A DNA stretch of 46,686 bases, filler included, from Sphacelaria rigidula (Eukaryota), in NCBI GenBank assembly GCA_964200075.2. It is 2 parts of 2 records of this genome, joined end to end, with 100 filler letters (N's around TTAATTAATTAA, not from the genome) between each part and the next. Parts side by side here need not be neighbours in the genome. Positions count along the whole stretch, not along the records: positions 1 to 23,295 come from CAXNAA020000267.1; 1 more part is not named here. One strand, written 5' to 3'. Within the stretch, counting starts at the first letter, position 1. Every line of letters begins with the position of its first letter. A model generated the notes under the pieces. The model saw only the letters and a program-made list of their open reading frames with translations, was not told the origin of the DNA and did no database searches. Of the stretch, positions 1 to 12,710 are shown piece after piece. Position numbers and translations under genes: made by a program.

Positions 1-78
1 GGGACATTGGTCGATGCTCTCTGGCGGGCGTGCTGATGCGTAGGGGGGTGCGGTGGGGGGGGGAGGAGGGGGGGGGGG

Positions 79-143
79 GTGCTCATTTGTTGCTTGCCTT
101 AGTCGTTTGACCATCGACCACGCATCCCTTTCGAGACGGAGCA
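79..143. repeat. Short dispersed structured repeat, copy 1 (G-tract flanked)
   Basis: Shares 24 identical nt (ACGCATCCCTTTCGAGACGGAGCA) and overall colinearity with 29817-29881. Confidence 0.8.
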
Positions 144-762
144 AAGTGGTGGTGGTGTGGGGGGGGGGGAGATTCTTCTCACGTAGTTATTGGTTTCTCT
201 CACGTTTATGAGCTCCGTCCATCAGCTGTGCTAGAGCACGGTAATATACGGGTATTGAGTGTTCCGTTCATCGTTTGCTACGCACGTACATTGCTAGCTC
301 TGCACTGCAATACGTACACATACACCAACATTGCGTGGTCATTCGTGCTCCTTCCGTGAGAGTAGAACGAATCACAAGGAGACAACAGGTTCTGTGCGTT
401 GCTTTACCCCCTTCCGAGTATCCCTTCCGGGTTATCTCGTTCCTGCAGACAACCCGCGCGGGTATGCAGCGTTCATGTTTGTGTTGTTCAACTTCTTGGC
501 CGCGCACATGGCGCTTCTCTTGCATTTCTTACCCTTCAGCAGCTCCGGTTTTTACCGCTCGGCAGCCTCTTGACCCTATCGTTCATTTCTTCATACGCAG
601 GTAACGTCCTTGGTCACCATTGGCCGTGCTTCGGCTCTGCAGTATATGAGAGCATTGTGTTGTTTTTGTTCCTTGTCTGTGTTTAGCAGCTGCTGGCCGC
701 ATGGTGCTTTTTTACATTTTCCTCGGGAGATTCGCAAAATTTTACCTTCTCCGAGAGATTTA

Positions 763-1316
763 CAGCAGTCAAACTTCAAACGGAGTATTCCCTCAATCGG
801 GATAACTTCACAGACGAGTTGTCACCTTCACTCGAGAGTTTGAGAGTCGGTAGGCGTTGGAAAACGATTCAGGCCGTGCTCAGGACATGTTTCTCCCTCT
901 TGTGTTACCGGGACGATACGCAGTGAAGCCCCCCGGTTATCGAGGGGGGGTTTCTCGCCGCATATGGCCGAAAATACGTTTTTCGGCTGTAGCGCAATGA
1001 ATATCGAGAAAATAGAAAACCTGGAGGCATAGAACTCTTTAGTAAAAAGGTCCGGATCAGCTCCGTCGAGCGAAAATATCGAAGAGCAAGAACCGGGGGC
1101 TGTACACTCGTAGGACCCCCAAAGACCGGTGGGCCCATATTTCATTGAAAATTGACCGTAGATTATAATATATAGTTTTGGAAACTTGTGTCGGGTACTC
1201 ATTTCGCTCAATTCACAAAGTTTGGAGTAAAACAAAATTCGTGATGAGTCGCTGTGACCGGAAAACCTTAAAAAACGCTTTCAATCGAAATTGCGAACTT
1301 TACAGATTGACTACTG
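763..1316. mobile_element. Degenerate non-autonomous Tc1/mariner-type DNA transposon
   Basis: TA|CAGCAGTCAAACT...AGATTGACTACTG|TA: 13-bp imperfect TIR (11/13) with TA on both sides and no coding capacity. The interior resembles the repeat at 23400-23880. Confidence 0.45.
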
Positions 1317-1831
1317 TATGTGAACTGCCCGTAACCTGCGCTACCATCTGGACGCGGCCTACGCTCACAAGATGTCTTGTTCTGAATCATTGGATCTAAA
1401 CAGTCGCTTGTAAGATAAGTACAAAGACGAAAGTAAACACTGGGAACCCGCATGCATATGCTGCCTTGACGGGAACGCGGCTCAAACAAGACGATCATTT
1501 CACGATAGCAGACGACGCATGTGAGGCAGCCAAGTTAGTGTTCGCGACTCTCTACCGGGCGTCATACCAAGGCACATACGACTGACTCTCAGTATGAGCT
1601 GGCGCGTGACGGGTGGCACATCGTGCGTTGACGCAGTCGGCTTCTGAACATGGAATACTGAAGACTTGGGAACTGAATATGACCGAAAATGCTGAGAAAC
1701 GCGATGCAGCGGTAAGCACCACGGGTTGCAATGCTCGACAGTATTGAACTCACTTACCGTTGGATGCGCAAAATTACGCAGACAAAATACAAACATTCCA
1801 CAAAAGAAGGGACAAAGGTCGATGCACCAAC

Positions 1832-3056
1832 CTTCAACTCCGCAGCGGTCGAGCTACCCTCGAGGGACCCCTTAGTGCTTAGCCGTGTATCCGTGCCCTC
1901 CTTCGCACGCAATGACCCAAGACCCCTCCGACCCCGTCGCCCGTCCCCACGCCTATCGTTGCCGGTTCCACACCCTGGGGTATCAGGCTCCGACTCTTCA
2001 ACGGGATCCGCGAAGCGTTGCAACGAACGGACGACTGTTTGCGCAGCCCTCCGCTTTGAGTCATCCGTAGCCTCCTCCGTAGTTTGGAACACGTTGGTGA
2101 GGCCACCGTCGCCATCTTCTGCATTTTGCCCCCGGCTGCCCATGCTTCCTCTCGACCCAGAACTTCTCCACCCTATCCTTTTGCCGGAATCTCCACCGCG
2201 TGAAATATTCTGCCTCCCGCCTCCCGCGAACGGGGTCGACATAACTCCCTCTCCGACTTTCATCTGTTGTCGAGCTTCTTCCGTGTCCACGGCATGCTGG
2301 ACTACGATCTCCACTACGCTCAAGTCAGGCTGAAGGATACCCGTTGCCGACCCTGCGGCCGACAAAGAAAGACCTAGCACACCACCGTCGGCGCCTAGTC
2401 CTCCGGAGGGCGTGACCTCGCTATCTTCGGAAGTTTTGTAAAACTTCTTGAAATGCCGGAACACTTCGTCTTTTCTCGACAAATCTTGAACGACACCGGC
2501 CGATGCCGACTGCCGCCGTCCAGGCCCCTGTCGCTGACCGCCGTTGCCTCGCTTTGTCCCCTTGAACGGCCCTCCCCCCCCCGTGGCCTCGTGTTGTTGC
2601 TGAGCCTTATTCGAGCGAGACTTCGCTCGGGGCCAGTCCCGCCGAAACTCTTCCAACGTCGGCACATGACCCACTTCGTCGTATCCAGGAATATCGACCA
2701 CGTCGGATACAGATCCCTGTAAGCTAGTCGCGGGATCTTCTGTGACCGTCTGGATCGTTTCGCTATCGCTACCACCGCATTCACTTCGGGACTGTTGCTC
2801 CGGTTGTTCTCGGATCAAAGAAGAAACCTTCCGATTGGTTGAGGATTTACTAGATCTCGAGCCGCTCTTTGTGTTCCCATCGCCGGCTTCGTGCGCTACA
2901 GCTGCCGTAAGGCGTACGGGTACTTTGCCCAGCATGGTGGCTGTTTCTTGTGGTCTGCCCTCCTTGTTCTCTGCACACATCTTGGCCCACACTGCGTTTT
3001 CGATTTTGGTGATGTCCACCTTGCTCTGCAGGCTAGCCCAAAATTGGGTATGGACC
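1832..3056 (-). CDS. Large exon of an unknown protein (G/S/R-rich, probably largely disordered)
   Basis: It lies in the longest ORF of the window (441 aa). Polypyrimidine acceptor ccctccctcgcag|G GTC CAT at 3056; candidate donor AAG|gttggt at 1832. Length 1225 nt = 1 + 408 codons. Confidence 0.7.
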
Positions 3057-3395
3057 CTGCGAGGGAGGGTCACAAGCAAGATACAGACAATGAGACTCTG
3101 AATCGAAGCTCCGTGTTTCTCTCAGTGAGTCCACAGGATCGGAGGAGGGGAAACCCTGCAACTTTATCGCGGAAGAACATCTACTGCGTGGGCAACAGTG
3201 GTGTTTGGGGTGTCACGGATACGCTCGGAAGTCACGCAGAGCTCAAGAGGCGATGCTTGGAAGGCAACGCACCACACCAACAACGAGAGCGAGAGCATAC
3301 GTTCAAGAGGCGTTTCTTACAGGCGACACAACGTGTCTCCAGAGTCACCAAGGTTTGCACAAACCAACCCATGCGCAAAGAAGCCTTAAGCCCAC

Positions 3396-3640
3396 CTCTG
3401 TGCGTTTGCGTCTGAGTGAAATATACCCGCTTTGTCCAGCTTCTCCTGCCGTAGGACGTAGCGCCTCTTGGCAGCGTACACCATTCGCTCGACCGCCGTT
3501 TGAACCCTTCCCCCGAATTCCGCCCTCTTCTCTTTGCCCATACGGTCCATGTCCCTCGCAACTTGGGGCTGCAGGATACGCCTCTCGATCCTTCCGATAT
3601 CGGCTGCTCGTTCCTTGTTACTCATTAGGATCGCAACCGT
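3396..3640 (-). CDS. Upstream exon of the same unknown gene
   Basis: ctgtcctacag|ACG...CAG AG|gtgggc; TVAILMSNKERAADIGRIERR...NAQ(R). Its phase-2 end joins the 3056 acceptor in frame. Confidence 0.62.
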
Positions 3641-6100
3641 CTGTAGGACAGAGGATGGGGCGGGCGCGCGTGAGGGGGCTTGTACCGGTTTCCGCACGTC
3701 GAGGTCGAGGAAGACTACGACAATCCGCCGGATTCGCAAGCGCTTCAGCAGCATCAACAGCCGACATCATATCCAAATGCGTTGTTCACTACGTTTGAGC
3801 ATGCGAGGCGGATGCTTGTGATTTACCCATGAACGGAATAGGAGGGGCTTGTAACACTTTTACCCAGAGGCCATGATCCCACCCCGCCCACTCCATTCTC
3901 CGTTTCTCTGCGGCGAAGTGCGGTTCTCCCAGAGTTGTCTATCAGCTTCCTCACCTCGACACCCGTCTGCACAAGGTCAAGTCTACGGCGCGATCAGCTT
4001 AGAGCAGCAACATATACCGCCGTCTCAGCGATTTCTTGCACCGCCAGAACGTACCACACTACTGCTGCCAACGCCTGCATCCCGGCGGGGGCATTTCTTT
4101 CCGGCTTTGCAACAACTTTGGTTCAGTTTTGGGTGGTGCGCGTTGTGCGCGTTGGCAATTAACTCTGGGTAATTCCTCGCAGCAACGAGAGTACCGACGT
4201 TTTTCATGTGTGTTTCGCTTCCAGAACAGCATTGAACCTTCAGCTTAAACTTCCGTGTTTCCGCGGTTCGCGGGATCATCGAGTAAACGTGCCCGGCACG
4301 CTTTGCTCATCAGCGCGGGAACCCTGAGCTTACCTTCGTGGTTCTTGTAGAAGCACTACACCGACGTAAGTGGGGTCCAAAGCGATGTTTGCGTAGTCTA
4401 CGGGGTGTTCGGTGTTTCAGTAGGAACCCGACCTGTTCTTACCTCTGCTGCCATCGGGAACGACCCTTTGACCACTACTAGCGACAGGTTTTCGCGCAGA
4501 GACACGGAGATACGGAATTCATGTGAATAAGTCAGTATAATTGAGCAAAGAATAGCTGAACTCAAAAGAACGGCACCACTTCCGCTATCTCACGCTGCGC
4601 GAACCGCATGTTTTTACAATGGCGGAAACTTTGCAAGCCTGTTCACAATACACGCGAGGCAGTCTAGTCCCAAGGGACCGACCGGTCCTTTCCGCGATAC
4701 ATGCCTGACATTTTGGTACCGACGATTCGATTAGCACCCCCGCACCGCGTCGATGTTCGTCAACGTTTCTCGCCACGCACGTCATCATATTTCTAACGAT
4801 GTAAATCAGATGCTCCTGACGGGGAAACAGATTTAGTTGTGTCTGCTGCGGGGTTGAACCCCCTTCTCCGCCCAAACGGGGCTCAAGATATATTATTATT
4901 ATTCGCATCACCGGGGCCCGTGAAGTATGACACGTACGTTCGTCGGAAACAATTCCAGAAATATTCGTGGGATTCCCATTGCTAAACCGTTTGCGATCGG
5001 TGCGTAATTAACCGTGAATGACACTTTCCACGACAGCCTCCCCCCCCAAAAGTGCATGGTTTTGGGAGGCAGAATCTTCACGTGAATTGAAATGGGAAAG
5101 GCCGAGCACAACGAGCAGTTGGGAATTCCCACGTTTGGGTTCGTTCTAGCCAATGTCCCGAGTATGACGCGCTTTATGCAGCCTGAACCCAAACATAGGG
5201 CGCTGTACGGCCATTTTTTTCGTGACACTTTTGGGCTGGTTTTGGGGGGGGGGTATCGTACAAAGTGTCGAATACAGGATATTGTCTTTATCTCGCGGAA
5301 GCTGAACCAATCACATGGACAACTATAGCACCGTATCAACCAAGATGGAACGACCAGGACAAGAGGCGCACATGGTTAGAAAAATACACCAGGAAAAGCA
5401 AGCAGTCCAGGTATGATGCGACTATACGATCCCCGCACCCCACTCACGGGCTGAGAGAACATTGCTTGCTAGCCCCGCACGCAGGCTGTGTGGGATATTT
5501 GAGTTCAACACAGAGCAGCACCGCCAAATCACGGGCCCCGACTCCCTTCCCCCCGAGGAGGAAGGTCAGCACGGACACAAAACACAAAGCACAACCAAGT
5601 CATTTCGTGTATACCGGCCTGGGACGGAACACGAACGCAATGCACAACCGAGGCAACTCGTATTTACAGGCCAGGGATGGACGAGACAAGCGCGCGGAGA
5701 CCGACGACAGGGCAACGGTTTCATCTAGTACACCTCCCTTTCCGATCAGCAGGCGGCGGCAGCGTCCGCAGTCGGCGACCGTGACAGCTATATACTCTCG
5801 TGGCGGCCATCTCTTTTGACGTTTTCCAGCTATCACCACGCGCGCGCGCAAGAAATTGTTTCCGTCTCTGGCCGCGCGATCGGCGCATTATATTCGTCTT
5901 CAAGACAATCGAGTATCGGAACCGTTACCGGCGTGTACGATCACCGACGAGAAGCGTGCCTTGTCTACCCACTCACTACATCCTGTCCTGTGTGGCCAGC
6001 TCAAGAAGCGGCAGGCAATGTGACCACGGACGAGGTGCGAACTGAGGAACAAGCATTCCCAACACACGTCTCTGCAAGTACTGTACTCACATGAGGCCGG

Positions 6101-6452
6101 TCGCCCCGGTTGCTCAGTTGGTCACCTCAAAACCTTCCGACGGTTGGGTCGTGGGTTCGTTCGAATCTCGGAGTGATCTGAGATGTTTTTTTTCTCACAC
6201 ATGCACAACAGTAGAAAGCGACTACGTCGTGGGTACACAAAAATTCGACTTCATGGTCGACGAGGGAAACGGGCTGCTGAACCCCTCTCGCGATAAAAAA
6301 TAAAAAGGCAAGCACCGCAAGAGGAAGGTGGAGAATTATCACACACATGAACGAAAAAATCCCCATGCTGGCCTTCCTCCTGTGTGACCCCGGCTGGTGC
6401 GCCCACATATACCGAAAGGTGTACACCGGCGTCCAGAACAGATGGGGTGACA
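6101..6452 (+). mobile_element. Candidate tRNA-derived SINE
   Basis: Pol III A-box-like TTGCTCAGTTGG (6110-6121) and B-box-like GGTTCGTTCGAATC (6154-6167); flanked by the exact direct repeat ACATGAGGCCGG (6089-6100, 6453-6464). Confidence 0.55.
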
Positions 6453-9400
6453 ACATGAGGCCGGGAGCCCCTTAATATGGCTGTGAAATGCGGTGCGCAT
6501 CCAGTCGCCATAGTAACAGTTACTGTACTATAGGACTTCCCATGTGGCGGGACAGTACAATTCAGTGCTGTGGCCCGCTGTTCAAGAGCCATGAAATCAG
6601 ACCAGGGCGTAACGTGTCAACGCCGAACCCTGTTCCCAGCTCTTGGTCTTCTTTTCCCGTTCATCACTTGGCGAGAGATCGGATAAACTCACGATTTTTT
6701 TCTTGTTTCTCATCCACAAACACCGATGACAGCGCGCCTTTTTACGTTGTACGGTCGTCGGGTTCTGATCGAGGCGTGCATGATACTCACCGCCATGACG
6801 CGAGTACACACTACACGCGGCCAACGGTAACGATCGGGGTACGTGCGCAGCAGATGCTACCCTTGACTATGAGGGGCTCGGCGTGCACGTACGCGTTGCG
6901 ACTGAAGGTGTTCGACGCAGACGGTGCTATCTTTCCGCAAATCCAAAGCAAGGGATGTGCTGGATGTTGCAAAACATGACTTGGCTGTTTCTCACCTTGT
7001 GATATATTTTGGGATTCTGGTTTTTCGGCGAATTTTCGAATATGTTCCAAGATAGCAAGCTCTACTTTTCAGATCTCCATGCTTCTCGATAGCGGGCCGC
7101 CGGATTTGTAGTGGCCACATGGTTGATCCTCTGTACTGCCTCTGAACTGTTTTCGCCAAATAACTGAGTAGTCATTTTCGTCTTCAATTGTCAACATTCG
7201 AAGACAAGAAGAGCAAGTTTGTGCCACAAGCGTGAGCTTTTCGCGAGAGCTCTAGCGCACCGTAGCTTGATTAACCCCTCTCTCACGTAAGATGTGATTT
7301 GTATCCGTGTTCATTCCGCTACTCTCGTACTTGTCTGCGATCTCATAGAGGGCGATTGTGTGTGGGCATTGCAGGGACACTGTATCAAACACAACGCGCG
7401 GCGTGTTGAGCATATGCGGTTTTCTGCAATGATGGTGTCTGTAGACCCGCGCTGATCTTTACAATCTGATTCTGGACCAGGCCTGTATGGCGTGACCGTT
7501 GCACAGATTTGGACATCACGATATGTTGCAGAACGTATGCAGGCATGGCTGGGGCGAGGAGCTAGTCCTGAGGGATTCTTGATGCAATGACTGAGAGACT
7601 CGCTATGCGGTGGTAATTTTGCCCTTGACTCAATGTACAAGGCGTCGAGAACTACCGCAAACCTCAAATCCATCTCCGTGGGAGATATAATGTCCCCGTT
7701 TGGGGTATCCAAGGCGAATCCACGGGTACTTCACACGGCGCTGATTTTCGTTTCTTAGTGGAGTTTCAGGTTTAGGTCAATCGATGTGCATCCTTCTCTG
7801 CTCCCGGCAAACCCACCTATAGCCTGCGAAGTGGGGTAAGAGTGAATGGTGGAAAGTTGACAGCAGGTATAGAGCCATACAGCCCGTAGAGCCACTTTCG
7901 CGTGACCTCCATGATGTAAGGTATGGCGTTCAACGCGGCAGAAACAGCTTTCGAGAGTGCTGGCTCCGAAGCGCTCGAGAGTCCAACATTCTCCTCATGC
8001 ATTTTGGCGGTAAGTTGACATTTGCGAATGAACAATGTGTCGACAGCACGAGGATTGTAGAGCAATAAAAATGTAGCCGGCCGGTGAACATGTACGTCAC
8101 CACCGCAGAGCACTTTGTCGGGAGGCATGCGAGTGCCGCTCCCCCTAAAGACAGCACTCGACACACATGCGGGATATGTGTTGCGGACGCAAGTTTGAAA
8201 AGTTCGGGATAATACTGCAGGAAGCACAACGTGAAAAATGTTGTCAACAATGCCGTGAAACAATGCGGTTGCGCACCTTTTCCCACTTGCACGCAGCGTT
8301 GGTACCCCCTGATGATGACGGCTTCTCGACTAGCTACTTTCACGAGCCCTCATGCACGTATGGTAGGCCTGCTGTTCGCGGGTCTATGGCGCCTGGCTAT
8401 GACGTGTACTCTGCGTCATGTTTTCGATATCGCTTGATTGGTTGGTGGAGTATCTATATTGAATAGCGGGAATATCCCCTGAGCGGTATGTAAATGAAAA
8501 GGCGACGACTCCTCTCGAGGAACTCTAGCGCATGGTATTCCAGACACATCCGTATTTTGACGAAACAAAAACTGCTCCTAGAAATGGCTGCTAAGACTCT
8601 TCCTCGGGACAGCTTCTGCGCGAAAATACGGAGTAGCGGAAGTAGTGCGAACAACAGTGAATGAAAGAGAGCCAAAATTCGAGAGAAACCTCACCATTTC
8701 CGCTGGGATACGCGCTGTTCAAAGGACGGGAATGTTATGATGTTTAATATTGCATTTACAAGGCAGCTCGCTCCCGCGCAGACGGCGACTTCCACAATTT
8801 CCCAATGACAGCAGGAGGGAGGTGGTGGCATGATAAACGGGCCAGATTTGCTTTAGTATGGTCTGGGTGCTGATGCCTCATTCTAGTGCACCGTCTGTGA
8901 TTTCCAGAGCAGGTTTGGATGCAACTATCGCCGTCCAGGGTTGAACAGCCTGTGGTCCCAGGCATGGCTGGGGAGCGAGGAGGGGCTGAGCTACTCTACG
9001 CGATGAGCTGAGCGACCCATCATCCGATGGTGACTTTAGTCTTGAATAGCGCGGCGTCAGGGAGTGCTGAAGCCCCAATCCATCTCTGCCGGCCTGCGGC
9101 AAACCCTTTACCGGGACAGGTGGTGAACCTATCGATTCTTGGGCTGCGCATCAACTTTTGACCAATCAGGCGATCAGGATTTTTTTATGCCCTCGACACC
9201 CCGCTTGCAGCTTGCGTACACAGTAAGAGTTGAGATTAAAGAGCGTGTAGAGAGGATAACGCGAGAGCCTCATTCTGTAGGCCCTCGCACGGAGAGAACG
9301 GCGTATATCAAGCTCGTAGCTAGTGAGATTGTTGCCTTTGGAGCTGTTTGACGTCAAGTGTTCCTTTCTACGTGACGACCTTGGTATTTAGTCGGCATCT

Positions 9401-12286
9401 GCGCACTGTTTTTGGAAGGCGTGTATTTGCAGGGGGCTTGTAAAGTCAGGGACACAGACGGTCAGTGAAGATGCACAGTGCTAGCAGGAAGAGCACCATG
9501 ATGAGCAGAACACAAGCTACGAATGCACTGAAAAACGTCTCCGACTCACATAATGGTGTGCTGGATACACAAGTTTGAACACATCCAAAGCGCTACGAGG
9601 AAACTTTTATTTGGCGATGCGATCAACACCTCGGAGGTACCGTTCCACAGCATACTCAGCGTTGGCGTCGCCTGACGTTGAAAGCTTCCCGGCTGACTAT
9701 TTCACGAGTCTTCATGACGCTGGACACGACACTGCTAGGACATGCTTGAGTATAAAACGTGCTCGCTGTTTGTGGCACTCGGGGATGGCGTGTACTATAT
9801 GTGTCGCCGTTGCAATCCATGATCAAAGTATCTGCTATCTATCTCTGCCAGTTATTGAACGAAAAGACACGTTTCTCGCCAAAGTTTATTGCACAGTATT
9901 TCCGGACATGCTCATGTTTCCCCCCCCCAAAAAAGCAGGCGCTAGGAATGGACCTCAGTACAACTGCGATACGGTGGATCATTGATTGACGGAACCACTC
10001 ACTGATTGTTTCATATGAAATAAAAACGGCGAGATTCACCCATGATTTCAAGATCGACAAACTCAAGGTTAATAGACGAAGACACTCGCGTAGGGATGGC
10101 AACAGGAAACTCGAGCAGAAAAGGATAAAACAAGGGGAAAGTGAAGGAAACAAGCATCGAGAACGGAGAACAGGAGGAAGAAACGAATAAAGTCACCAAG
10201 ATGACAGGCTGGAAATGGCTCACGGAAAACCCCGACGGGCCGCGGACAGGGCCTGCAACAGGACGTCGTGCCAGAAGCAAGATTGTGGGAGCAGATTGCG
10301 ACCCAGTAACCCGGAAACTGAACTACTTCGAGGATTTTCGAACCACTTAATCTGAAGGAAGGAGACTCAAACATAGCAGTGGCAAACGCACAAAAAAAAA
10401 GAAAGAAAAAAAAAAACGAAGAAGAAGCCAGAGTTACAAGCCCAAATTCCCAAGCAACGCCCACCCCTTACCCCGCCCCCCCTTCCTTAGGCAGGGGCAA
10501 AGCCACCCTTTCGGTCATTGCCATCTTAGTTTACTCGCAGACAGTTGTTGCAATGGTTGTGCCAGCAGCAGCAACTTTCCTTTTGGCAGCTCTTGGTGCA
10601 GCAGCCGTATGCATAAGACACAGGATGTATTGGCGTAGATCTCCGCGTCGCCGTGCTTTCTAGAGCTCCCTCGCCCCCTTCTCGACCATCGACTGCTATT
10701 TATCCACCACCTTAGCAGTATTGTTCCAATCCTGAGAGCCTTTGACCTCACAGTCTTCAACGAACCACTTCCTTCATCATCCCCGACGCGGAGTGGACCC
10801 CAGAGCACGCACATGCTCATTACGCGATTTCCCCACTTGTCTCGACGCCCCACCAGTCTCGGATCCTCGTGCAGCGAACTATCCGAAAATGATGCGCTCC
10901 GGGAGACATGAATCACCCCGACGGACATGGTGCCCTGTGTATCAGATGATCGTCTCGATACGTTCTCATTGGGTATGGTGGCGGAAACCGCTTCTCCAAA
11001 AAAACGCGTGCCCCTGTAACGTTTTATTGGTGAAACATTGAGCACAAGAGAACTCCACACCCGTGATAATTGCCCAGAATTAACCGCACTGAGACTTTTG
11101 TTGCCGGAATGGGGCTTTTATTAGGCTTGCCGCGGATCGGATTTTGTTTTCTATGGTGCGCGAAAAAAATCGGGGCGAAGTTTACACACTGTAGTGTCGA
11201 CAAAAACAGTAGCTAAGTGTAGTCGCTGCCGATGTGGTATGTAAAGAGTACAGATCCTGGAGGGTTCTTTCTACAGCACACAGCCGATCTTTTGTCGATT
11301 CGAGACATCCTTGAATATACTGTACCTATTTGTCGACCAAGCAATCTTTGCTGTGTCAGCGTGAAGGAACTTAGCTCCAGCAGGAAGAAACAGCTTGGCT
11401 GCTTGTAGAACACGTTCTTCGAGCATCAGCATGGTCAACAGCGTGGCTAGCAGCAGCTGCGTGGTCGTGGTGCGCGACGCCGGGCTGCAGCAGTTCGTTC
11501 TGTGCAGCATCAATGTACAAAATCTCAAAACAAACGAAAAAATGACCGCTGTATGCGCTTCATAATTTCAGAACGGATACTGAAACTCCAATATACTTGG
11601 TTTGTAGACCGTGCGGGGCGGTTTTTCACAGCACAACCCAGCTATAACTCGAACGCTGTACTCACAGGATTCTTGTCCATGATCGCCCTGTGTGTGCAAC
11701 TTGGTGTGGAGAGAAGAGCGAAAAACCTCAACGTTTTATTGTCCTCAGAAACGTTCTCACGAACTTCGGAGCCCAAAACTTACCCCTTGCAATATGCTCA
11801 GGTCAAAATGTCTGAGTTGGAAAGCCAGCGACAGCTTTCATTGGATATACGTTTCAACATGGGAAGCGGTGCCTCACCCAAGAAAACAAAAAAAAGTGTC
11901 TGGACATAAAAGTGATCCCCGTCTCTTCAATCTCGAGCACAGCGCCCCCCGAAAGAGTCATGCGTCCAATGCGATCGTTCCTGTGGAAACTAACTGTTCG
12001 CAGAGAGAGCTTGTGATGGGCAGCACGTAGCCTCTCGAAGGTATCTGGGTGCGAAGTACGCGTGGCAACACGCGTAATTATGAAGATGTTACAGCTTACA
12101 CCACCTCCACTTGGAGTAGCTGGATCTTTCGTGATGAAAAATGTGCGTTGAACGTTGAGCCTATCGTAAAGTTGCGAGCTATATCCTCTAGGGCGAGGCC
12201 ACGCAGTGCTGGTGCGACGTATAGTCTCAATGGAGAGACCGGCGTCCTCGCTGGTGGCATCGAATGGCCGACAACTTGAGTATTAA

Positions 12287-12710
12287 CAGCGGATTCTCAA
12301 AAATGGGGTTGAACAAAAAATGAGGTTCAACTCAAAACCAGTGCTTGCCCAGACCTGAAATAACGACATACTCCGAGTATGATTTTTCTAAGGACGAGCT
12401 CATCCCTTCTGACTTCCCCAAAACTATTGCGGGGAATTTATAGCCTTCCGTTTCCCCAAAGGGTGTGTGCGAAAGCTCACTTTTGCCTCGATTTCGGGGT
12501 GAAAAAAGGGACGCTTTTTGGCCCAAAAATCGTGCTTTCGCACATACCCGTTGGAGGAACGGAAGGCTAGAAATCTCCCGAAATAGTTTTTGGGAGGTCG
12601 GGATGGATGAGGTTGTCCATATGAAGCTCATTTGTCATTACTACAGGGAAAGCACTGCTTTTGAGTTGAACCTCATTTTTTTCTTCAACCCCATTTTTGA
12701 GCACCCGCTG
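12287..12710. mobile_element. Fold-back MITE; most of the element is an imperfect palindrome
   Basis: Terminal inverted arms of about 65 bp (CAGCGGATTCTCAAAAATGGGGTTGAA... / ...TTCAACCCCATTTTTGAGCACCCGCTG) plus inner inverted arms at about 12392-12487 and 12520-12618. Confidence 0.85.

Noticed and set aside
1731..2333. 200-aa plus-strand Pro/Ser-rich ORF
   Set aside because: Antisense shadow of the minus-strand exon 1832-3056.
4334..4480. Possible additional minus-strand exons (strong donors at 4333 and 4442)
   Set aside because: Several frames and acceptors are equally possible and none could be tied confidently to the gene model.
7311..8466. Possible transposase relic (fragments such as FALDSMYKASR and YCRKHNVKNV)
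   Set aside because: The motif resemblance is too short and the frames too interrupted to assign without a search.
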